Shown: positions 51,875-61,922 of the stretch, in pieces
Layout of the letters: each line of letters opens with the position of its first letter
Position numbering within the stretch: the stretch's first letter is position 1
Assembly: GCA_964291415.2 (NCBI GenBank)
Contig: OZ219917.1
Span: forward strand, 128,001 to 192,000
Length of the DNA: 64,000 nt
Origin: Alphaproteobacteria bacterium
GTDB taxonomy: Bacteria > Pseudomonadota > Alphaproteobacteria > SP197
Direction of reading: 5' to 3'
Position numbers and translations under genes: made by a program
Notes under the pieces: model-generated
What the model was told of the DNA's origin: nothing
What the model saw: only the letters and a program-made list of their open reading frames with translations
Databases searched by the model: none

Positions 51875-51973
51875 CCGTGTCTTTCCTCCTGGACGGGCAT
51901 AACCATAGCAGTGCTCCCGTCGTGTGTGTCGAGGGGCACCCGCCGACCCGGCGCGAAGAGTGAGGATGTCTGA

Positions 51974-52984
51974 ATGGCGCGTATCGAGTTTCTCTACCTG
52001 AACCGTCATGACGTCGAGGAGCTCCTGCCCGACGTTTCGGTTGCCATGGAGATCGTGGAACGGGGTCTCGTGGCTCACGGCCGCGGCGATGTCGTGCTGC
52101 CGCCCAAGGCGCACATCCATCTCGACGACCGCTACAACGGCCATTTCAACGTGCTGCCCGGCTACGCCGGCCACATCGACCGTGCCGGGGTGAAGGTGGT
52201 GGGCGACTACGTCGACAACTGGAAACACGGTCTGCCCTCGGAGGTGGCACTCCTGACGCTCTACGAGCCGCGAACCGGCGTCCCGCTGTGCCTGCTCGAC
52301 GCCACCGTGACGACGTGGCTGCGGACCGGCGCGGTGACCGGGATCGGCGTCGACCACCTCGCACGCAAGGACGCAACGATCCTCGCCCACCTGGGCGCGC
52401 GTGGCACCGCGTTCTCCAACATCGCGGCCATTGCAGCGCGACGTCCCCTTGCGGAGGTGCGCATCGCGAGTGCCCGCAGCGAAACCCGCGAGGCGCTCGC
52501 CCGCAAGATCGAGGCCGAGCTGTCGCTGCGGGCCCGCCCCGTCGCATCCGCCCACGCAGCGGCCGATGGCGCCGACATCGTGGTCGAGGCCACGCGCCTG
52601 GAACGGCCCGAGGTCCTCGTGCGCGACGACGTGCTGAAGCCCGGATCGCTTCTGGTCACCTACGGCTGGGTCATGGCGGTCGACCCGGCAAGCGCCACGG
52701 CCTGCGACAAGCTCGTGGTCGACGATTGGCAGCAATGCGCGAAGGGCGGCACCTTCCATTCCCTGATCCGCGATGGTGTCCTGACGCGCGACGCCGTCCA
52801 TGGCGAGATCGGCGAGATCTGTTGCGGCGACAAGCCCGGGCGCACGAATGCGAACGAGCGGATCACCTTCTGGCATCGCGGCTTTGCCATCAGCGATGTC
52901 GTCCTCGGGCACTGGATTCACGAGCGGGCCCTGAAGGAAGGAAGGGGCCAGCGCCTGGTCCTGTGGGACGGTCCCGACGAATGA
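51974..52984 (+). CDS. Ornithine cyclodeaminase/mu-crystallin family protein
   Basis: AGVKVV, TWLRTGAVT, LGARGTA, LVVDDWQQ, GEIGEI, GFAISDV. Confidence 0.88.
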   Translation: MARIEFLYLNRHDVEELLPDVSVAMEIVERGLVAHGRGDVVLPPKAHIHLDDRYNGHFNVLPGYAGHIDRAGVKVVGDYVDNWKHGLPSEVALLTLYEPRTGVPLCLLDATVTTWLRTGAVTGIGVDHLARKDATILAHLGARGTAFSNIAAIAARRPLAEVRIASARSETREALARKIEAELSLRARPVASAHAAADGADIVVEATRLERPEVLVRDDVLKPGSLLVTYGWVMAVDPASATACDKLVVDDWQQCAKGGTFHSLIRDGVLTRDAVHGEIGEICCGDKPGRTNANERITFWHRGFAISDVVLGHWIHERALKEGRGQRLVLWDGPDE

Positions 52985-53356
52985 GTCCGACAACGATCCG
53001 CCGGAACGGCGAAGACACCGGTTGTCAGTTCGCGGATTGAGCCAGCCGCCCTTCCCTACGCTCCAGCCGGTGAGCACGGCACGGGCGGCTGCATGACAAG
53101 AGCGCTGCAAGCGGCATTCCTGTCGATGTGGAAACGGGACCCGGGCATCGCCGTGCGCCGCCGGACCTGCACAGACCATGCGGGCAAGAGGGAACAGGAA
53201 TGGCACGCATCGATTCTCTCAATCTGAACGATCACATGGTTCTTGCCGGCAACGGAAAAGTTGTCCTGGACCGCCGCAATCCCCTTGCGGCCAGGCACAC
53301 GACCCCGGGATGATGCTCCCATCGATGCCGCCTTCCCGACCCACTGCGAGGCACGA

Positions 53357-53770
53357 GTGAAGATCCGCCCCTCAACCCTTGGCGACCGCGAGGCGATCAT
53401 TGCGCTGTGGGAACGCGTGTTGCCGGCCAATGCCCCGCACAATGATCCGGCGAAGAGTTTCGACGCAAAGTTCGCGAATGGCGACGATCTGCTGTTCGTC
53501 GCCACGGACTCAGGAACCGTGATCGGCACCGCGATGGCGGGATACGACGGCCATCGGGGGTGGTTGTACTCGGTCGCCGTCCTGCCGGAGTACCGACGGC
53601 GTGGAATCGGCACGGACCTCGTTCTCCGCGCAATCAGTGCATTGCGAGCGGCAGGCTGCGTCAAGGTCAACCTGCAGGTGCGGGCCACCAACGCCGCGGT
53701 TCAGGGATTCTACGAGTCGCTCGGGTTTGACGTCGAGGGGCACGTCAGTATGGGGCTGATCATCCGGTGA
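53357..53770 (+). CDS. GNAT acetyltransferase (YpeA-like)
   Basis: GTAMAGYDGHRGWLYSVAV.PEYRRRGIG, GCVKVNLQVR, FYESLGF. Confidence 0.9.
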   Translation: MKIRPSTLGDREAIIALWERVLPANAPHNDPAKSFDAKFANGDDLLFVATDSGTVIGTAMAGYDGHRGWLYSVAVLPEYRRRGIGTDLVLRAISALRAAGCVKVNLQVRATNAAVQGFYESLGFDVEGHVSMGLIIR

Positions 53771-53969
53771 TCCGTTGCATCACCATGAACCAGACGGGTC
53801 CGTTGCGGCCCGTCCGAAAGCCCGGTCGCCAACGCCCGAACCCGGGAGGCGCCTGCGGGAATGCGGCGATGCCCGCCGGCGGACATGGGAGCAGCAACCC
53901 CATGCCTGTCTCGACCCCTCCATGCATCTTCGGTGGTAGGCTGCCGGACGAAAGGCGGGAACGCGGATC

Positions 53970-54908
53970 ATGACCAGCCTGAATGACAGGGTCGCTGCGG
54001 GCGACATCGTCGTCATCGATGGCGGGATGGGGACCGAGCTCGAGCGTCGCGGTGTGCCCATGCACGCCGAGACCTGGGCGGGCGCGGCGCTGGTCGAGCA
54101 CCCCGACGCCGTGGTCGATGTCCATGCAGATTTCATCCGCGCAGGCGCCGAAGTCATCATCACCAACACGTTCGGCGCCTCGCCTCTCATGCTCGAGGCG
54201 ATGGGCTATGGCGAGCGCGCCGAGGCGATCATCCGCGGTTCGGTCGATCTCGCCAGGCGTGCCCGCGACCGGGTCGGCCGCGACGTGGCCATCGCGGGAT
54301 CGATCTCGACAATGGCGCCGGGCGGAGATCTCTCCCGTCCCGGCAATCGCCAATCCGACGACGAGATTGCCGACAGCCTGGGCCGCATGGCACGGGCCCT
54401 TGCCGACGGCGGCTGCGACCTGATCGCTCTCGAGATGATGCGGGATGCGCGCTGCGCCCCCATCGCCATGCAGTCCGCCAGGGAGACGGGCCTGCCGGTC
54501 TGGCTGGGTCTTGCGTGCACGCGGGAGAAAGACAGCGGCGACCTGGTCGCATTCGATGTTCCGGAAAACCGGTTTGCCGACACCCTGGCGGCGACGCTGC
54601 CCCTCGAGCCGGATCTGGTGTGCGTGATGCACAGCGATGTCGACGTGACGGATGTCGCCATCGATATCGTCAAGCAGCACTGGAACGGGCCGCTCGGCGT
54701 CTACCCCGAATCGGGCTACTTCGAAATGCCGAACTGGCGCTTCGTCGACGTGATCGCGCCCGATGCCCTTGTCGACCGGGCCCATACCTGGGCGGGCCAG
54801 GGCGTGACTCTCTTCGGAGGCTGCTGCGGCCTTGGCCCTGAACACATTGCCGCCCTCGTCGGCGCCCGCAACAGTCTCGAGGCAAGCCGCTCCCGTCGCC
54901 ACGTCTGA
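53970..54908 (+). CDS. Homocysteine S-methyltransferase family protein (copy 1 of tandem pair)
   Basis: IDGGMGTELERRG, AGAEVIITNTF, GVYPESG, FGGCCGLGPEHI. Confidence 0.92.
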   Translation: MTSLNDRVAAGDIVVIDGGMGTELERRGVPMHAETWAGAALVEHPDAVVDVHADFIRAGAEVIITNTFGASPLMLEAMGYGERAEAIIRGSVDLARRARDRVGRDVAIAGSISTMAPGGDLSRPGNRQSDDEIADSLGRMARALADGGCDLIALEMMRDARCAPIAMQSARETGLPVWLGLACTREKDSGDLVAFDVPENRFADTLAATLPLEPDLVCVMHSDVDVTDVAIDIVKQHWNGPLGVYPESGYFEMPNWRFVDVIAPDALVDRAHTWAGQGVTLFGGCCGLGPEHIAALVGARNSLEASRSRRHV

Positions 54909-55156
54909 CTCCGGTTCATGGGTACATGGAAGCGGTCGATCGGCGCACGTGTCTGCTGACACCGGATGTGGCGCCGGTGACTCCGTTGCGGTATGGCGTC
55001 CCTGTCCAAAGGCGCGGATCGCCAACGTCCGGCCGCGAACCCGCAAGGTGGAGGCCGCTCGTATGGAGCGGCCTAAAGCCCGGGACGAAGGGCGGGCGAT
55101 TCCAATCGCGTGCCATCCTCTTTAGCATCGGACCCGCAATGCCGGGAGGAACGCTC

Positions 55157-55669
55157 GTGAGCGACACGAAGTATGTCGGCGGCTGCCTGTGCGGGGCGAT
55201 TCGCTACGAGGCGCGTCAGGCACCGGTGTTCACGGTCCTGTGCCACTGTCACATGTGCCAGCAATGGTCGGGAAGCGCCATGCTGGGAACGGCGACATTC
55301 GACCAGGAGGCGGTAGTGTTCACGGCCGGCGAGCCCAGGGTCCACTGGTCGTCCCCGGTCATGGAGCGGGGTTTCTGTGGCGACTGCGGCAGTTCGCTCT
55401 ACACCCGCTACGTGTCCGGCGGCGTGTTGGACGATTTGATCTCCGTCACGCTGGGCACCTTGGACGATCCGGAAATCGCGCCGCCCGACGTGCACTACGG
55501 CGCGGAGGGCGAGCTTTCCTGGATGCGGCGCGACGACGGACTCACCCGCATCCGCATCGATACCGACGATCCGTCCTGCCAGAACGAACTCCTCGAGAAG
55601 CTGCTGCGGCACAACTCGGCGAAGGGGCGAGCGCCGGTCCAAAGTCCCGGAGACGGACCGCCTGAATGA
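55157..55669 (+). CDS. GFA/CENP-V family protein
   Basis: GGCLCGAIRY, CHCHMCQ, RGFCGDCGS, TLGTLDDP; GGAGGA precedes GTG 55157. Confidence 0.92.
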   Translation: MSDTKYVGGCLCGAIRYEARQAPVFTVLCHCHMCQQWSGSAMLGTATFDQEAVVFTAGEPRVHWSSPVMERGFCGDCGSSLYTRYVSGGVLDDLISVTLGTLDDPEIAPPDVHYGAEGELSWMRRDDGLTRIRIDTDDPSCQNELLEKLLRHNSAKGRAPVQSPGDGPPE

Positions 55670-55699
55670 ATCGGCCGCACCGACAGCGATGCAGAATCG

Positions 55700-57070
55700 C
55701 CAGTCGATGCGTTGCAAGCGGCAGGCTGCATCAAGGTTAGACTGCAGATGCGGACTGCCAACACCGCAGCGCAGGGGCTCTGTGAGTGGCTCGGCCTTGA
55801 CGCTGAGGCGCGCCTCTTTATGGCGCTGCGCATCCGGTGATCCGTTCAGACGAGGTTGCTGCGGCATACCGTGTCATTTCAAGAAGGTGGAGCGCCAACG
55901 CCCGAGCCCGCGAGGCGCTTCGTCGGCAAGGTCGAGCCACCTCTGAGACCGCGCCCGGCATGCGGCGATGCCCGCCGGCGGACATGGGACCGGCAGGTCC
56001 GAACATGATGCGAGCCTCTCCCATGCGCCTGCCGTGGTAGTCTGCCGAACGACAGGCACGCAAACGCATCATGACCAGCCTTCATGACAGGATCGCTGCG
56101 GGCGACATCGTCGTCATCGACGGCGGGATGGGGACCGAACTCGAGCGTCGCGGTGTGCCCATGCACGCCGAGACCTGGGCGGGCGCGGCGCTGGTCGAGC
56201 ACCCCGACGCCGTGGTCGATGTCCATGCAGATTTCATCCGTGCAGGCGCGGAGGTCATCATCACCAACACGTTCGGCGCTTCGCCTCACATGCTCCAGGC
56301 GATGGGTTATGGCGAGCGCGCCGAGGCGATCATCCGCGGTTCGGTCGATCTCGCCAAGCGGGCGCGCGACCGGGTCGGCCGCGATGTGGCCATCGCCGGA
56401 TCGATCTCGACCATGGCGGCCGGCGGAGATCTCGCCGATCCCGGCAACCGCCATTCCGACGACGAGATTGCCGACAGCCTGGGCCGCATGGCACGGGCCC
56501 TTGCCGACGGCGGTTGCGACCTCATTGCTCTCGAGATGATGCAGGACACGGTCCGCGCCCCCGTTGCCTTGCAGTCCGCCAGGGAAACGGGCCTGCCGGT
56601 CTGGCTGGGCCTCACGTGCACGCACGACAAAGACAGCCGTGATCTGGTCGCGTTCGATTTTCCCGAAAACCGGTTCGCCGACATCCTGGCGGCGACGCTG
56701 CCCCTTGAACCGGATCTGGTGTGCATCATGCACAGCGATGTCGACGTGACGGGCGCCGCCATCGATGCCGTCAAGCAGCACTGGAACGGGCCGCTCGGCG
56801 TCTATCCTGAAGCCGGCTACTTCGAAATGCCGCACTGGCACTTCGTCGACGTGATCGCGCCCGATGCCCTTGTTGCCCGGGCCCACACCTGGGCGGGCCA
56901 GGGCGTGACTGTCTTCGGAGGCTGCTGCGGCCTTGGGCCTGAGCACATTGCCGCCCTTGACGGTGCCCGAGAGAGCCTCGAGGCAAGCCGCTCCCGTCGC
57001 CAAGGCTGATGCCGGTTCATGGGCGCGATGGGCAGGTGCAGGTGTCTGCCGAAACCGGATGTGGCGCCGG
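55700..57070 (+). repeat. Diverged duplicate of 53630-54975 (decayed GNAT 3' end, intergenic region and homocysteine methyltransferase)
   Basis: GCGGCAGGCTGC.TCAAGGT...CATCCGGTGATCCGTT at 55700-55846 matches the GNAT end; the near-identical HMT gene follows. Confidence 0.93.
56071..57009 (+). CDS. Homocysteine S-methyltransferase family protein (copy 2 of tandem pair)
   Basis: 312 aa, the same length as 53970-54908 and mostly identical; FGGCCG motif. Confidence 0.92.
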   Translation: MTSLHDRIAAGDIVVIDGGMGTELERRGVPMHAETWAGAALVEHPDAVVDVHADFIRAGAEVIITNTFGASPHMLQAMGYGERAEAIIRGSVDLAKRARDRVGRDVAIAGSISTMAAGGDLADPGNRHSDDEIADSLGRMARALADGGCDLIALEMMQDTVRAPVALQSARETGLPVWLGLTCTHDKDSRDLVAFDFPENRFADILAATLPLEPDLVCIMHSDVDVTGAAIDAVKQHWNGPLGVYPEAGYFEMPHWHFVDVIAPDALVARAHTWAGQGVTVFGGCCGLGPEHIAALDGARESLEASRSRRQG

Positions 57071-57696
57071 GGTCGCGACGGATTGCCCGGGGGCTATCAC
57101 CACCAGAGGGCGCATTTCGACGTGCAGGCGTCAGGAAGGCAGAGAGGCGGCAGGGCTCGGTCCAGGCCGCTTGCCTCCCAGCGACGGTCTGGAACTGCTG
57201 CGGAATTCCGCCGCGAAACGATGGCCCCTGAAGCGATCGGTTCCCCGACGATGGCCATCTCGTTGCATCGCCATGTCAGGCCCATTTCACGCTCATTTCC
57301 GGCTGCAAGAGAAATCCTGGACGATAACTCACTGTTACATGGCTCTATTCCTTGTCACCTGTGAATCTGGTTTCTGGTTCATTTCCGGGTCATTGCGCGC
57401 TTGTTTCCCCCGGAGTTCGATCTGATGCACCAGGTTGCTGAAGGCCGCGCCAGAGACTGTGCGGGACTCGACATCGACGGGATCGCCAACCGCCTGTCCG
57501 ATTCGTGAATCCCTGGTGAGTTGGCGTACGAGTCCCGTCATCTCGCCCGCCTGGCGGGAGACACATTCACGACCGCAACCGCATGATGGTGGGTCTGTCG
57601 ACTGCCCATCGGAGGACTTCCTGCATGTTTCGGGCGACGTTGACACCCGACCTGGACTGAACCCACTGTGATCTCGTTGTTCAAGGGAGAGGAGTG

Positions 57697-57881
57697 ATGG
57701 CTGAACTCGGTCTGTGCGGCGATTGCCTCTACTGGCGACAGATGACGCCCGTCCTCACCTTGGGGAATGCCGGCGCTACCCGCCGGCAGTGTTGGAGGGA
57801 GTAACCTCCGATCGCAGCGTGTGGCCGGAGACGCGCGACGATATGGGTTGCGGCGAGTTCGACGACAGGTTCCAGACATAG
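57697..57881 (+). CDS. Small Cys-rich protein (61 aa after restoring one G at 57762-57765), absent from the ORF track
   Basis: Strong RBS AAGGGAGAGGAG. Reconstructed MAELGLCGDCLYWRQMTPVLTLGECRRYPPAVLEGVTSDRSVWPETRDDMGCGEFDDRFQT*. Confidence 0.7.
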
Positions 57882-57921
57882 GCACCCCGGGCAGAACGAC
57901 CATTTCCTGGACCGCACGGGG

Positions 57922-57968
57922 CTTGACATCGGCGGCATCGGCAACCATACAGTACCACATTGGTCCTG
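57922..57968 (+). promoter_or_regulatory. Putative suf promoter and Rrf2 operator
   Basis: CTTGACA-N17-CATACA (alphaproteobacterial-like sigma70 promoter) followed by the imperfect palindrome CAGTACC-acatt-GGTCCTG just upstream of the Rrf2 gene. Confidence 0.6.
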
Positions 57969-57982
57969 ATTGGCAGGTGCCC

Positions 57983-58423
57983 ATGATCCGACTGTCCCGA
58001 ATGACCGACTACGGTGTCGTCGTCATGACCTATATGGCGTGGCACGGGAACGAAACACTCTCCGCGCACCAGGTGGCGACGGCCACCGGTCTGCCGGAAG
58101 CCACGGCCGGCAAGCTCCTCAAGCTCTTCGCCCGCGCCGGGCTCCTGAAGAGCCGGCGTGGCGCCCATGGCGGGTACACGTTGACCAGCAGGCCGGAGGA
58201 GATATCCCTTGCCCGCGTCGTCGAGGCCGTCGAGGGACCGATCGCATTGACCTTGTGCGTCGACGACCACCCGGGTCACTGCGATGTCGAATCGCTGTGC
58301 CCCATGCGCGGCGGCTGGAACCAGATCAACACGGCGCTGCGCGATGCCTTCGAAGGGGTGTCCCTTGCCGCCATGACCTCACCCGCCATGTCCCTTGGCG
58401 GGTTCCGGCAACTGGAGGCCTGA
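57983..58423 (+). CDS. Rrf2 family (IscR-like) SUF system transcriptional regulator
   Basis: MIRLSRMTDYG, SRRGAHGGYTL, EAVEGPIALTLC-x7-C-x5-C. Confidence 0.92.
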   Translation: MIRLSRMTDYGVVVMTYMAWHGNETLSAHQVATATGLPEATAGKLLKLFARAGLLKSRRGAHGGYTLTSRPEEISLARVVEAVEGPIALTLCVDDHPGHCDVESLCPMRGGWNQINTALRDAFEGVSLAAMTSPAMSLGGFRQLEA

Positions 58424-58426
58424 GCC

Positions 58427-59887
58427 ATGGCCATCGTCCAGGAAACCATCGATACCGTCCACGAGGCCACCGGCGCCTACAAGCACGGCTTCGTCACCGA
58501 CATCGAGATGGAGCGGGCGCCCGAGGGTCTCTCCGAAGAGACCATCCGCTTCATCTCGGCCAAGAAGGAGGAGCCCGACTGGCTCCTTGAGTGGCGCCTC
58601 GAGGCCTTCCGCCACTGGCTCACCATGACGGAGCCGGTGTGGGCCAAGGTCGGCTATCCGCCGATCGACTACCAGGCGAGCTCCTACTACGCGGCGCCGA
58701 AGTCGGCTGCCGACGGGCCGACGAGCCTCGACGAGGTCGATCCCGAGCTCCTCGAGACCTATGCCAAGCTCGGCATCCCGCTGAAGGAGCAGGAGGTCCT
58801 GTCAGGGGTGCGCAACGTCGCCGTCGACGCCGTCTTCGACAGCGTCTCGGTGGCCACGACATTCCGCGAGCGCCTGGAGAAGGACGGCATCCTCTTCTGC
58901 TCGATCTCGGATGCCGTCAGGGAGCACCCGGACCTGGTCCGCAAGTACCTCGGTTCGGTGGTGCCCGTGACCGACAACTTCTTTGCCACGCTCAATTCGG
59001 CGGTCTTCACCGACGGGTCGTTCTGCTACATCCCGCCCGGCACGCGCTGCCCGATGGAGCTCTCCACCTACTTCCGCATCAACGCCTCCCAGACGGGCCA
59101 GTTCGAGCGCACCCTGGTGATCGCCGACAAGGGGAGCTACGTCAGCTACCTGGAGGGGTGCACCGCGCCGCAGAGGGACGAGAACCAGCTGCACGCCGCC
59201 GTGGTCGAACTGGTGGCGCTGGATGATGCCGAGATCAAGTACTCGACGGTGCAGAACTGGTACCCGGGTGACGCGGAGGGCCGGGGCGGCATCTACAACT
59301 TCGTCACCAAGCGGGGGTTGTGCGAGAAGCGCGCCAGGATCTCGTGGACCCAGGTGGAAACCGGATCCGCCATCACGTGGAAGTATCCCAGCTGCATCCT
59401 CAAGGGTGACGACAGCGTCGGCGAGTTCTACTCCGTCGCCATCACCAACAACCGCCAGCAGGCCGACACCGGAACGAAGATGCTCCATGTCGGCAGGAAC
59501 ACCAGGAGCCGGGTCATCGCCAAGGGCGTGTCCGCCGGCCGTTCGCAGAGCACCTACCGCGGTCGCATCCGCGTCAACCCCATGGCCCACGGCGCCAGGA
59601 ACTACACCCAGTGCGATTCGCTGCTGATCGGCGACGAGTGCGCCGCCCACACCGTTCCCTATATCGAGGCGCGCAACCGGAGCGCCCAGGTCGAGCACGA
59701 GGCCACGACATCGAAGGTGTCGGAGGACCAGCTCTTCTACTGCCGCCAGCGCGGCATCCCGGAAGAGGAAGCGCTCACCCTGATCGTCAACGGCTTCTGC
59801 CGCGAGGTGCTCCAGGAACTGCCGATGGAGTTCGCCGTGGAAGCCCAGAAGCTGGTCGGCATCAGCCTCGAAGGCAGTGTGGGATGA
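58427..59887 (+). CDS. sufB: Fe-S cluster assembly protein SufB
   Basis: [55 protein letters not shown]. Confidence 0.97.
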   Translation: MAIVQETIDTVHEATGAYKHGFVTDIEMERAPEGLSEETIRFISAKKEEPDWLLEWRLEAFRHWLTMTEPVWAKVGYPPIDYQASSYYAAPKSAADGPTSLDEVDPELLETYAKLGIPLKEQEVLSGVRNVAVDAVFDSVSVATTFRERLEKDGILFCSISDAVREHPDLVRKYLGSVVPVTDNFFATLNSAVFTDGSFCYIPPGTRCPMELSTYFRINASQTGQFERTLVIADKGSYVSYLEGCTAPQRDENQLHAAVVELVALDDAEIKYSTVQNWYPGDAEGRGGIYNFVTKRGLCEKRARISWTQVETGSAITWKYPSCILKGDDSVGEFYSVAITNNRQQADTGTKMLHVGRNTRSRVIAKGVSAGRSQSTYRGRIRVNPMAHGARNYTQCDSLLIGDECAAHTVPYIEARNRSAQVEHEATTSKVSEDQLFYCRQRGIPEEEALTLIVNGFCREVLQELPMEFAVEAQKLVGISLEGSVG

Positions 59888-60660
59888 CGATGGAGAAGAA
59901 CGCCGCCATGACCCTGCTTTCCATCGAAGATCTGCGCGTTTCCGTGGACGGCAAGGAGATCCTCAAGGGGATCAACCTCTCCGTCGGCACTGGAGAGGTC
60001 CATGCCATCATGGGCCCCAACGGGTCGGGCAAGTCGACGCTCTCCCATGTGCTCGCGGGCCGCGACGGCTACGAGGTGACGCAAGGCCAGGTTCTCTACA
60101 AGGGAGAGGATCTCCTGGCGATGGAGCCCGAGGAAAGGGCCCAGGCAGGCGTCTTCCTCGCCTTCCAGTATCCGGTGGAGATCCCGGGCGTGCCGACCGT
60201 CAGCTTTCTCAAGCACGCCATGAACTCCGTGCGCAAGGCCAAGGGTGAGAGCGTGCTCGACGCCTTCGAGTTCAAGAAGATCATGGACGCCCGGCTGGCT
60301 GACCTGAGGATCGACAACTCCATGGTGCGCCGCGCGCTCAACGCCGGGTTCTCCGGCGGCGAGAAGAAGCGCATGGAGATTCTCCAGATGGCGTTGCTGG
60401 AACCGGAGTTCACCATCCTCGACGAGACCGATTCCGGACTCGACATCGATGCCCTCAAGGTGGTGGCCGACGGCGTCAATGCCATGCGGTCACCGGATCG
60501 CGCCACGCTGGTCATCACCCACTACCAGCGCCTGCTGAACCACATCGTTCCGGACCGCGTGCACGTTCTTGCCGGCGGCAGGATCGTCAGGAGCGGAGAC
60601 CCGTCGCTCGCCCTCAAGCTCGAGGAGAGCGGATACGGCGACCTGGTGACGGCGGCCTGA
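59884..60660 (+). CDS. sufC: Fe-S cluster assembly ATPase SufC
   Basis: [46 protein letters not shown]. Confidence 0.97.
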   Translation: MTMEKNAAMTLLSIEDLRVSVDGKEILKGINLSVGTGEVHAIMGPNGSGKSTLSHVLAGRDGYEVTQGQVLYKGEDLLAMEPEERAQAGVFLAFQYPVEIPGVPTVSFLKHAMNSVRKAKGESVLDAFEFKKIMDARLADLRIDNSMVRRALNAGFSGGEKKRMEILQMALLEPEFTILDETDSGLDIDALKVVADGVNAMRSPDRATLVITHYQRLLNHIVPDRVHVLAGGRIVRSGDPSLALKLEESGYGDLVTAA

Positions 60661-60662
60661 CC

Positions 60663-61922
60663 ATGACCGGTGAGGCGACAGGTCTGCTCCATGGCGATGC
60701 GGCGGCTCTTCCCGGCGCCGGCAGCGCGTGGATCGATTCGCTGCGCCAGTCCGGCGCCAGGAGATTCTCCGGCCTGGGCCTGCCGACGCGCAAGGTCGAG
60801 GACTGGAAGTACACCGACCTCAGGTCGCTCTCCGGATCAACCTGGGATCTGCCTGCGAAGCCGGCGGATCCGCCTGACATCGGGGATGACGCGTCGGCGG
60901 TTCTCGTCAACGGCTGCTGGATGGAGGGCCAACGTCCGTTGCCGGACGGTGTCGAGCTGGTGTCGCTGGCCCGTGCCATCGAGGAGGGAGACGACGTCGT
61001 CAGACGCCATCTGGGGAGCGTCGCCAGCCTCGCCCGCAAGCACTTCGTCGCTCTCAACACCGCCTGGCTCGCCGACGGACTGGTTCTCAAGGTCGCCGAT
61101 GGCGTCGCCGTCGACGAACCGCTCAAGATCACCCTTGCCGGGGCTCCCGGCACCCGGCGCCTGGCGTGGCATCCGCGCAACCTCATCGTGCTGGGACGCG
61201 AGGCATCGCTCACCCTGGTTGTCCGCCATGCCGGCACGGGCGACTACCTTGCCAACCTGGTCGAGGAGATCGTGCTGGACCGCGGAGCCCGGTTGCGTCA
61301 CTACCGGGTGCAGGACGACTCGCCCGACGCCGTCAACGTCTCGACGACGGAAGTGAAAGTCGCCGGCGATGCCGCGTACGAGAGCTTCGTGCTGGCTACG
61401 GGAGCCGGAACGGGACGCAACCAGATTGCCGTCGAACTCTCGGAACCCGGGGCTTCGGTCCGTCTGGACGGGGCCTGCATGGGCCGCCGTCGCCAGCAGC
61501 TCGACACCACCACCGTCATCGACCATGCCGCACCGCAGTGCACCAGCCGCGAAGCCTACCGCTACATCCTGGACGACAGCGCGAAGGGCGTCTTCCAGGG
61601 GCGGGTCATCGTGCGCAAGCATGCCGGCGGCACCGACAGCCACCAGTCGAGCAAGACCCTGCTGCTCTCCGCCAAGTCCGGAGTGGACGCCAAGCCGGAA
61701 CTGGAAATCTATGCCGACGATGTCGCCTGCGGTCACGGGGCGACGGTCGGCGAGATCGATCAGGACGCGCTCTTCTACCTGCGCAGCCGGGGCATCCCCC
61801 TCGACGAGGCGCGCGACCTCCTCATCGGCGCCTTCATCGAGGGCGCCCTGGAGACCATCGCGTCGCGTGAGGCGCAGGCGTTGATCCGCGATCATGCCCT
61901 GGCCTGGAGGACGCGGGCATGA
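60663..61922 (+). CDS. sufD: Fe-S cluster assembly protein SufD
   Basis: EDWKYTDL, GVFQGRV, KPELEIYADDVACGHGAT, LFYLRSRGI. Confidence 0.95.
   Translation: MTGEATGLLHGDAAALPGAGSAWIDSLRQSGARRFSGLGLPTRKVEDWKYTDLRSLSGSTWDLPAKPADPPDIGDDASAVLVNGCWMEGQRPLPDGVELVSLARAIEEGDDVVRRHLGSVASLARKHFVALNTAWLADGLVLKVADGVAVDEPLKITLAGAPGTRRLAWHPRNLIVLGREASLTLVVRHAGTGDYLANLVEEIVLDRGARLRHYRVQDDSPDAVNVSTTEVKVAGDAAYESFVLATGAGTGRNQIAVELSEPGASVRLDGACMGRRRQQLDTTTVIDHAAPQCTSREAYRYILDDSAKGVFQGRVIVRKHAGGTDSHQSSKTLLLSAKSGVDAKPELEIYADDVACGHGATVGEIDQDALFYLRSRGIPLDEARDLLIGAFIEGALETIASREAQALIRDHALAWRTRA

Noticed and set aside
51266-53206. 646-aa minus-strand ORF as a fusion protein
   Set aside because: Only the part from ATG 51874 is the real dehydrogenase N-terminus; the upstream part is the antisense shadow of the cyclodeaminase gene.
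53266-53296. Hairpin CCGCAA-TCCCC-TTGCGG as riboswitch or terminator
   Set aside because: Short stem, no U tract and no recognisable aptamer consensus.
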